The notes under the pieces: generated by a model
What the model saw: the letters and a program-made list of their open reading frames with translations, nothing else
Told to the model about the DNA's origin: nothing
Databases searched by the model: none
Shown: positions 16,699-23,465 of the stretch, piece by piece
How positions within the stretch are numbered: the stretch's first letter is position 1
How the letters are laid out: each line of letters starts with the position of its first letter
Made by a program: the position numbers and the translations under genes
Source of the DNA: an uncultured Planctomycetaceae bacterium
GTDB taxonomy: Bacteria > Planctomycetota > Planctomycetia > Pirellulales > Thermoguttaceae
Reading direction: 5' to 3'
Length of the DNA: 26,418 bases
Assembly: GCA_964467075.1 (NCBI GenBank)
Contig: CAYXPN010000017.1
Coordinates: forward strand, 5,051 to 31,468

Positions 16699-18471
16699 GT
16701 GGAAAGCCCACGGATGCACAGCCCACTGTTCGCTCTAGCTGAGGCGCGAGATTTCTGGCAATGGACCCTGGAAATCCTGCTGCTGCTGGCAGCAGCCATG
16801 GTGCTCGGCGCCGTAGCCGAGCGCCTGCGCCAGAGTGCCATTGTGGGCTACCTGATCGCCGGCGCGGTCATCGGCCCGAACATGCTGGGCGTGGTCGCGC
16901 AGCAGCAGGACCTCTTCGCCATCGCCGAGCTGGGCGTGGCACTGCTGTTGTTTACCATCGGACTGGAGTTCGCCCCGCAGCGCCTCTGGGGCCTGGGACG
17001 CCTGGCCTTTCTGGCCGGCCTGCTCCAGGTGCCCGTGACCATGGCCCTGGCAACCGTGGTTTGCCGCCTGGCGGGCATGCCGCTGGCCGCGGCAACGGTC
17101 GTCGGCGCCATGGTTGCCATGTCCAGCACCGCGTGTGTGTTGCGAATCCTGGCTGACCGGGCCGAGATGGACAGCCCTCACGGGCGCATTTGTTTGGGGA
17201 TTCTCTTGGTGCAGGATGCCGCGGTGGTGCCGCTGCTGGTGGTGGTCACGGTGCTGTCTGCGGGAAAGGGCGGGCTGGGTCCTTGGTGGCAGCTCGGACT
17301 GGTGACCGTCTCGGCATTCGTGCTGGCCGGGGTGTTCTACGTGCTCTTCGCGCGCGTGGCACCCCGGTTGATGCAGCTTCGCACGTGGCTGCGCAACCGC
17401 GACCTGCCGATCCTGCTGGCCATCGTGATGGCGCTGGGTTCCACGTGGGCCGCCCACCAGGCCGGCTTGAGCCCGGCGCTGGGCGCCTTCCTGGCCGGGG
17501 CCCTGCTGGCGGCCTCGCCCTTTGCCGTGCAAATCCGGGCCGACGTGGAGCCGGTCAAGACCATCCTGGTCACGCTCTTCTTTGCGTCCATGGGCATGTT
17601 CGGGGATTTCGGTTGGCTGCTTGAGCACGCGGGCCTCGTGTTCACAGTGGTCGCAGCCGTGATTCTCGGCAAGGCCGCGGTCGTGGCCGCGATCACGCGG
17701 CTTATCGGCGCCTACTTCCCGTTCGCCGTGGCCTCCGGCTTGTGCGTGGCACAGATCGGCGAGTTCTCCTTCGTGCTGGCCACCGTCGCCCGCGGCGAAA
17801 ATGGAAACGGAGCATTGCTCTCGGATACCGCGTTCCGCGCGATCGTCTCGGCCACCTTGATCAGCCTGCTCGTGACCCCGTATCTGATCGCCGCAGGGCC
17901 GCGGTTGGGCTATCGGCTGCACCGGGCGTTCCACGAGGCGCTGCGCCGCTTGCGCCGACGCGCCACGCGCGCAGGAGGCCAGCCGGATAAGCCATTGGCG
18001 CCCGACGCGCAACCGGAAGGCGACGAGGCCCAGGGCGGCCCGGAAGACCTGATCCTGGTGGTCGGCTTCGGCCCGGCCGGCCAGCGCGCAGCCGAACAGC
18101 TCGCCGCCACTTGCGCCGTGCAGGTGGCCGTGTTGGATTTGAACATCGAGAACGTGCGGCTGGCCGAGCGCTGCGGGCTGGCTGCGTATGCGGGCGACGC
18201 CACCCAGGTCGAAGTGCTCCAGCACGCGGGGCTCCATCGCGCCGCGGCGGTGATCGTCACCGTGCCCACGCCCCGGGCTTCGCGCCGGCTGATAGCACTG
18301 ATCCGCCATCATGCGCCCGCGGCCTTGATCGTGGCCCGGGCCCGGTATCACATCCACCGCTGGCAGCTCGTCCATGCGGGGGCCCACGTGGTGGTGGACG
18401 AGGAGGACGAAGTGGGCCACCATCTGGCCGCGGCGCTGGTGGGACTCTTGGAGGGCAAAGAGGGCGATTGA
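16699..18471 (+). CDS. Kef-type monovalent cation:proton antiporter (CPA2) with C-terminal TrkA-N/RCK domain
   Basis: Twelve or more hydrophobic helices (GYLIAGAVIGPNMLGVV..., LFTIGLEF...). C-terminal Rossmann motif LILVVGFGPAGQRAAEQL. The start may be the ATG at 16714. Confidence 0.9.
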   Translation: MESPRMHSPLFALAEARDFWQWTLEILLLLAAAMVLGAVAERLRQSAIVGYLIAGAVIGPNMLGVVAQQQDLFAIAELGVALLLFTIGLEFAPQRLWGLGRLAFLAGLLQVPVTMALATVVCRLAGMPLAAATVVGAMVAMSSTACVLRILADRAEMDSPHGRICLGILLVQDAAVVPLLVVVTVLSAGKGGLGPWWQLGLVTVSAFVLAGVFYVLFARVAPRLMQLRTWLRNRDLPILLAIVMALGSTWAAHQAGLSPALGAFLAGALLAASPFAVQIRADVEPVKTILVTLFFASMGMFGDFGWLLEHAGLVFTVVAAVILGKAAVVAAITRLIGAYFPFAVASGLCVAQIGEFSFVLATVARGENGNGALLSDTAFRAIVSATLISLLVTPYLIAAGPRLGYRLHRAFHEALRRLRRRATRAGGQPDKPLAPDAQPEGDEAQGGPEDLILVVGFGPAGQRAAEQLAATCAVQVAVLDLNIENVRLAERCGLAAYAGDATQVEVLQHAGLHRAAAVIVTVPTPRASRRLIALIRHHAPAALIVARARYHIHRWQLVHAGAHVVVDEEDEVGHHLAAALVGLLEGKEGD

Positions 18472-18590
18472 GCAGCGCCCAGTCGCCCCTACCGACGCCG
18501 CGCTTTCGATCCGTGTGGCCAAAACAGCCACGCCCTTCTCAGCGCGTGCCACCCGGCCGCGCTCGAAAAGAGTCCGCTCCGGCTCGACGA

Positions 18591-20240
18591 CTACTCGCTC
18601 CGGCTCTCGGTGCGATCGGGCTTGGGCGAGTCGCCTTGCGCGGCATCCGATCGGCCGGCCGGCTGCTGGTCCTGGGTGGTGGCGAATCGGGCGAGCACCT
18701 CGGGGATTTCCACCCCGCCCACGTCGCGCAGCACCTGCATCATGGGCGGCAGGGTGCGGGCCATGTTGTGCAGCCAGTTGGCCGTGGCCGACGTGCCGTT
18801 GCTGGAGCCGGAATCCCACACCACGACCTTGTCGAAGCGGATGTTGGAGATGGCCTCGGCCGAAGCCTGGGCCAACTGGTCGAAGTGTTCGAGCATGAGC
18901 ATCTGGAAGGCCTGCTCGGCGCCGCCGCAGGCCTCGATGATCGCGTGCAGGCCTTCGCCTTTTTTGGCCAGGATTTCGTACTGGCCGCGGGCCTCGGCTT
19001 CGAGTCGGGCGAAGATGGCCTGGGCTTCGCCTTCGGCCTCGATGCGGCGCTTTTCCTTTTCGGCTTCGGCCTCGACGATGATCCGCGCCTTCTGTGCCTT
19101 GGCCGGCGCTTCGAGTTCGGCGCGCCGCTCGGCTTCGATGCGCTCGGCCTCGGCCAGGGCGGCCTTGGCCAGGGCGTGGTGCTGGGCCTGGAGCACCGCG
19201 GCTTCGGCCACGCGTTTGCGCGTCTCGCCCAGCTCGTAGGCCTCGGCCTCTTTGACTTTCAGAGCCGCCAGCGAAGCGGCGATCGTGGCCCGCGCCTCGT
19301 TCTCGCCTTCGACGGCCTGGGCGTTGGCTTCGGCCACGCGCACACGTTTTCCGCGTTCGGCGTCGGCCACTTGCGAGTCGCGTTCGAACTCCGCGCGCTG
19401 CTCGCCGACGACTTGTTCCTTCGACAAGTCGGCCACGCGGACCGCGGTTTCGCGTTCGGCCTCGCGCGTGCCGATGGTCTGGTCCCGGCGGGCGTTGGCC
19501 ACCTGGATGGCCTTCTCGCGTTCGGCGTCGGCCACGCGGATTTCGCCCATCTTCTCATTGTCGGCCACGTCCCCGCGAGCCTGCTGGATCGCCTCGCTGG
19601 CGGCTTTCTGGCCGATGGCTTCGATGTAGCCCGACTCGTCGGTAATGTCGGTGATATTGACATTGATCAGCACCAGTCCGATCTTGCGCAATTCGGGTTC
19701 CAGGGAGAGCTGGATGTTTTCGAGGAATTTTTCCCGGTCGCGGTTGATGTCCTCGATCTGCATCGAGGCGATCACCTGGCGCAACTGGCCGAAGATGATG
19801 TCTTCGGCCTGGCGCTTGATGTCCTGCGTAGCCAGGCCCAGCAGGCGGATGGCCGCGTTCTGCATCAGCTCGGGTGTGGTGCCGATGGCCACGGTGAACA
19901 CGCTGGGCACGTTCACGCGGATGTTCTCGATCGAGAGCGCACCGCGCAGGGGAATTTCGATCTGCATCGGCTCCAGGTTCAGCCAGCCGTGATCCTGGAT
20001 CAGCGGCCATACAAAGCGCGCCCCGCCGTGCACGCAGGTTGCGGCCTGCCCGCCGCGCGACTTCCCGTAGATCACCAGCACGCGGTTGCTAGGGCAGCGC
20101 TTGTAGCGCTTCACAAGCAGACCGAGCACCAGCGAGAACACGATCACTGCCGCAAACAGCAGCAGCACCAGCCAGAAATAGAAGTTCGCATTGTCGGCGA
20201 GGTCTTGCAGCAAGTCGGCCGCCAGCAAGAGACTACTCAT
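18591..20240 (-). CDS. Flotillin-family (SPFH/band-7) protein, YqiK/FloA-like, with long Ala/Glu/Arg-rich coiled-coil
   Basis: Start at MSSLLLAADLLQDL (ATG at 20238-20240, aaggagg Shine-Dalgarno). N-terminal TM then SPFH domain (RVLVIYGKS...IENIRVNVPSVFTVAIG...). Long EA-rich region (AEAERIEAERRAELEAPAKAQKARIIVEAEAEKEKRRIEAEGEAQ) is typical of flotillins. Confidence 0.9.
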   Translation of the reverse strand: MSSLLLAADLLQDLADNANFYFWLVLLLFAAVIVFSLVLGLLVKRYKRCPSNRVLVIYGKSRGGQAATCVHGGARFVWPLIQDHGWLNLEPMQIEIPLRGALSIENIRVNVPSVFTVAIGTTPELMQNAAIRLLGLATQDIKRQAEDIIFGQLRQVIASMQIEDINRDREKFLENIQLSLEPELRKIGLVLINVNITDITDESGYIEAIGQKAASEAIQQARGDVADNEKMGEIRVADAEREKAIQVANARRDQTIGTREAERETAVRVADLSKEQVVGEQRAEFERDSQVADAERGKRVRVAEANAQAVEGENEARATIAASLAALKVKEAEAYELGETRKRVAEAAVLQAQHHALAKAALAEAERIEAERRAELEAPAKAQKARIIVEAEAEKEKRRIEAEGEAQAIFARLEAEARGQYEILAKKGEGLHAIIEACGGAEQAFQMLMLEHFDQLAQASAEAISNIRFDKVVVWDSGSSNGTSATANWLHNMARTLPPMMQVLRDVGGVEIPEVLARFATTQDQQPAGRSDAAQGDSPKPDRTESRSE

Positions 20241-20868
20241 AGCCGATCTCCTCCTTTTCGGGGATTGGCTCGACTTCGACGGTGTCGGTGCTGACCACAC
20301 GTGTTACCACAACCGTAGCACCCGAACCCAGGCGTTGCCCGGCGGTTACCGCCAAGTATTCCATGGTCCGGTTTTGCAGGTTGATTTGGATTTTCCCGGC
20401 GCCGGAATTGTGCGCGGGGATTGGAACGTACACAGTGGCAGGCCGGCCGACGGCGCGTTCGATGCGTGCCGTACCTTCCGATTGCAGCTTGTACATGGCC
20501 TGCATCAACCAGAACACGCCGTACATGGCGGCCAGCCCGGCGCCCACGGCAACCGCCACCGCGAGCGCAACACCGGCCCCGGCCGCCTCCGCGGCCAGGC
20601 CCGCCAGTCCGAAGAACGTTAGCGCGGCGACCAGCGTGCGAAAAGAGAGCACGCCGAGGATCCAATCGGCTTCCGGGTGTCCCAGGTCGCCCGCATCGTG
20701 AGTGGGCAAATCCACGTCCAATGCGTCGGCCCCGTCGAGCCCGCCCGACACATCGCCGCCGAAGTCGGCATCGGCAACCTCGCCGCCGAACCCGACGAAC
20801 ATCAATATGAACTGGATCACAAGGATCGTACCGCCTACCACAGCGCAGAGCAGGAAAACGGTCGTCAT
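20233..20868 (-). CDS. NfeD/YqiJ-like membrane protein (flotillin partner)
   Basis: Start at MTTVFLLCAVVGGTILVIQFILMFVGF (ATG at 20866-20868). Two hydrophobic segments plus a C-terminal beta-rich soluble part (GKIQINLQNRTMEYLAVTAGQRLGSGATVVVTRVV). The stop overlaps the flotillin ATG by 8 nt (tATGAGTAG). The longer upstream ORF extension has no coding character. Confidence 0.7.
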   Translation of the reverse strand: MTTVFLLCAVVGGTILVIQFILMFVGFGGEVADADFGGDVSGGLDGADALDVDLPTHDAGDLGHPEADWILGVLSFRTLVAALTFFGLAGLAAEAAGAGVALAVAVAVGAGLAAMYGVFWLMQAMYKLQSEGTARIERAVGRPATVYVPIPAHNSGAGKIQINLQNRTMEYLAVTAGQRLGSGATVVVTRVVSTDTVEVEPIPEKEEIGYE

Positions 20869-21603
20869 CGCTGAAACCTTTCCCGAGTCGATTTGCACGC
20901 ATGCAAACTCCCCGCTGATTATTCGCTCGAACCCAGCCGGGCTTGGATTCCGATCGGTCGGGAAGCGCCGGCCGTGGGTGCCGCTCGGCGGGGGATTCGT
21001 TTGCCGTGTCGAAACTGGACTCCTGCAAAATGCCGATCTCGGTTTCGCCACGTCCCACCGGAAGGGGCCCTGCGCCTTGCGGTGTAGGGAAGTTGCGCAA
21101 GTGAGGAAAAGCGTTTCCGCGCTGGCTCCCCCCTCATTCCTGGCCCTCTGCGAGAGGGAAAAGTCGACCACGCTGCGAGAGCGCGGTTGAAAGCTTCGGC
21201 AAGGATTCTCGGCCCACGCCAACCCACAGGGGTGCTGACGCTGCCTCTCGAAAGGCAAGCAAGAGAGCCCCGGACGGATATCACGATAGTCGCATCCCCC
21301 CGTTTGTCAACAGCGCCATTCAGGGGGAAAGCCGCGCCGGATCGAGCACTACGTGCTCGACCGGGCAGCCCGTAGGCTGCGTGCTTGCAGCACTGCTGTA
21401 AACGTCTTCGTGTGGCGAAAATGCCAAGGAAAACGGTGATTCGCGGGGTATGTGTGTATCGCGTCACCCGAACCCCAACGGGGTTCGAGACAAAAGCCCA
21501 GGGTCAGCTTCCGCGGCCGCCGGGCCGCGAAGCGCCACCCTGGGTCATCGAGGGCGCCAATTCCCGCACCTACCCCGAAGGGGTTGGGTAACCGTTCACG
21601 GGC

Positions 21604-21666
21604 CGTCATTGTCGCCTTTCGCTCCGCGAAAGTGGCGCTGCTTTCGCGGAGCGAAAGGCGACTATC
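21604..21666. other. Perfect 22-bp-stem hairpin (gtcgcctttcgctccgcgaaag-tggcgctg-ctttcgcggagcgaaaggcgac)
   Basis: Arms at 21611-21632 and 21641-21662 are exact reverse complements with an 8-nt loop. It sits in the long region with no convincing coding gene, 8 nt upstream of an AT-rich 49-codon ORF. Confidence 0.8.
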
Positions 21667-22259
21667 CACGCGAAATGGCCCGAAAACGGGCAGCGGCCCG
21701 TGAACAGTTAGGACTTGTAAAGGAATTGTTTGCCGAATTCGATGCGCAGCCCCGGGAAGTAATACTCTTACAAGTTCTTACTCGCGGCCTGAAACCCGGG
21801 GTGGCGCGGCCTGGCGGCCGCTGACCCCGGGCTTTGGAATCCAACGCCTTCGGCGTTGACTCGGTCGGCGCAGCGCTCACCACACAGCGGGCAGGAGCCT
21901 TGGCCGAACACTCCCGAAAGATGTTTACAGCACTGGTACAAGCACGCACCCTACGGAAGGCAAAGGGGACAGGCCCATCCGCGCTGCGCGAAAACGCGCT
22001 GGTGCCCCGCGCGCCGCCGCATCCGCGCGCAAGCCGCCAGCCCCGAAGATCCGGACATATATCGCGCCCCTTCGGGGCTGGGACGCTGGGCGTGCCGGAG
22101 CGGGTCGGCGGGTGATGCTGACCACGTCGCCTTTTGCGGGGCTCGGGGCACTTGGTAGGCCGACGTTTCCCGTGGGCTTTCGCAGACGGCCAAATAGGGT
22201 TTCACGCAAGGCCATTTACCATCCTCGGCCCCTGCGGAGCCGGAAGGCCCGCGCATGTC

Positions 22260-22285
22260 CACCTCAGACGGCTGAAGTGCTACGT
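22260..22285. repeat. 26-bp palindromic motif c[ac]c[ct]tcagacggctgaagtg[ca]tacgt, copy 1 (copy 2 at 26195-26220, same orientation)
   Basis: Copy 1 is cacctcagacggctgaagtgctacgt. Copy 2 is cacttcagacggctgaagtgatacgt. The two bracket the tRNA-Arg and the beta-propeller cytochrome gene. Confidence 0.8.
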
Positions 22286-22294
22286 AGTTGTGAT

Positions 22295-22420
22295 GGTGTC
22301 CGGGAATCGTCCTCGGATTGCGCTGGAAGTGTGCCACTGCTTGCCCGCCGGGCAAGCAGTGCTCGGGGCGGCGAGGCACTACTTCTGGCGAAGCAGTGGC
22401 ACACTGAATTCCCGGACACC
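22295..22420. other. Nested imperfect palindrome (~125 nt): outer stem ggtgtccgggaat/attcccggacacc, inner 15-bp stem agtgtgccactgctt/aagcagtggcacact, small central hairpin cttgccc-gcc-gggcaag
   Basis: Read directly from the sequence. Candidate structured RNA or protein-binding cruciform ~350 nt upstream of the tRNA. Confidence 0.7.
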
Positions 22421-22767
22421 CGCACGGAGCTCGAAACCCACCCGCGGAGCGCTGCCACCTTCAGCCTGCCGATCCACAGCTTCTCCAAGGCGCGGCCCTC
22501 TGCAAGGCGCAGCCCGCTCGTGCCCGGCCGCGGCAGCGCATTGCGACCACGGCCGGGCAGGGTAGAATAGACGTAGCACGCGGGCCAAACGGAGCGACCC
22601 GGCGGGCGATAGCCTTCGGCCGCGGGACGGCGCCGTGTTTCGACCGCCACACGCGGTTCTTTCGGCTGCCACACGCGGTTCGCACCGAAAACCGTCGGCC
22701 GACAAACCCGGGCCCGTCGCCTTCGGCTCCGCAAGCGGCAGCACCGCCCGCGGGCCAGACCGTGCCA

Positions 22768-22840
22768 GCGCCTGTAGCTCAGGGGATAGAGCGACGGTTT
22801 CCTAAACCGTAGGTCGCAGGTTCGAATCCTGCCAGGCGTA
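22768..22840 (+). tRNA. tRNA-Arg (anticodon CCT)
   Basis: Manual fold of the 73-nt sequence: acceptor GCGCCTG/CAGGCGT (one G-U), D-arm GCTC-AGGGGATA-GAGC, anticodon stem ACGGT/ACCGT with loop TTCCTAA (anticodon CCT), T-arm GCAGG-TTCGAAT-CCTGC, discriminator A. CCA is not encoded. Confidence 0.85.
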
Positions 22841-23465
22841 CTTCCTGCTTCCTTCCTGCTTTGCGTCGCCGGGAAGTCGGCCGTCTATTCCGGCATCGCC
22901 ATCGATATCCCCGTGGGCAAAGGCTGGGGCACGCAAGCCTCACCCAGTGATCCGGAGGACGTTTATCGCGCCGTCCGCCGCGCACGAGATGCGGGCGCGT
23001 GGGGAGGGGAATCGTCGTCTGTCGGGAGCACGAAGAGATGCACGAGGCCAGCCTGCGAGCCATCGGCCGGGCGATTCGGGAGGGCTGGAGGGGCTGAACC
23101 AAGGGCTTGCCCGATACTCGTGGCGATTCCGCCCGGCGCCAAACCAGGCAGTCCGAGCCGATGACCGAGGGCCTTGTGCCCACTTCACTCGGCTGAACTG
23201 TTACGCAGATCGAAGGTCGATCGCCGCGGCGCTGATCGCCCCCAGCGGCCGCCGGCACGCGCCGTCAACCCCGATGGCGAGCAAGGCGGGAAAGGACGTC
23301 GATTGCGAGAAGCCGACGGCATTGACAATTGTCGAAGCCCAAACACAATTCATTGCAGACGATGAAGCCAACCACATGCGACGCTGCGCCATGCGCGAGC
23401 CGCGGCGGGAGTGAGTCGCGCGTGAAAGAGGCGCCGACGTATTCATACCAGTTACGCAGGAGGCG

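Noticed and set aside
20919-21467. 182-aa minus-strand ORF and neighbouring 60-160-aa ORFs in the 20.9-22.7 kb region
   Set aside because: Translations are Arg/Pro/Gly-rich with no hydrophobic core or motif and no Shine-Dalgarno. They overlap perfect hairpins. Treated as non-coding.
22290-22420. Cobalamin riboswitch (GCCACTG B12-box-like sequence)
   Set aside because: The conserved GGGAAnnnGGUGnnAAUCC core is not matched, and no downstream gene follows, only a tRNA. Interpreted instead as a nested palindrome of unknown function.
20869-22767. tmRNA, RNase P RNA or rRNA fragment in the long non-coding region
   Set aside because: No second tRNA-like T-arm or CCA-acceptor mimic, no tmRNA tag-reading frame, and no P4-type GGAAAGUCCGG / ACAGAACCCGGCUUA blocks were seen. 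The only T-arm motif belongs to the tRNA-Arg itself.
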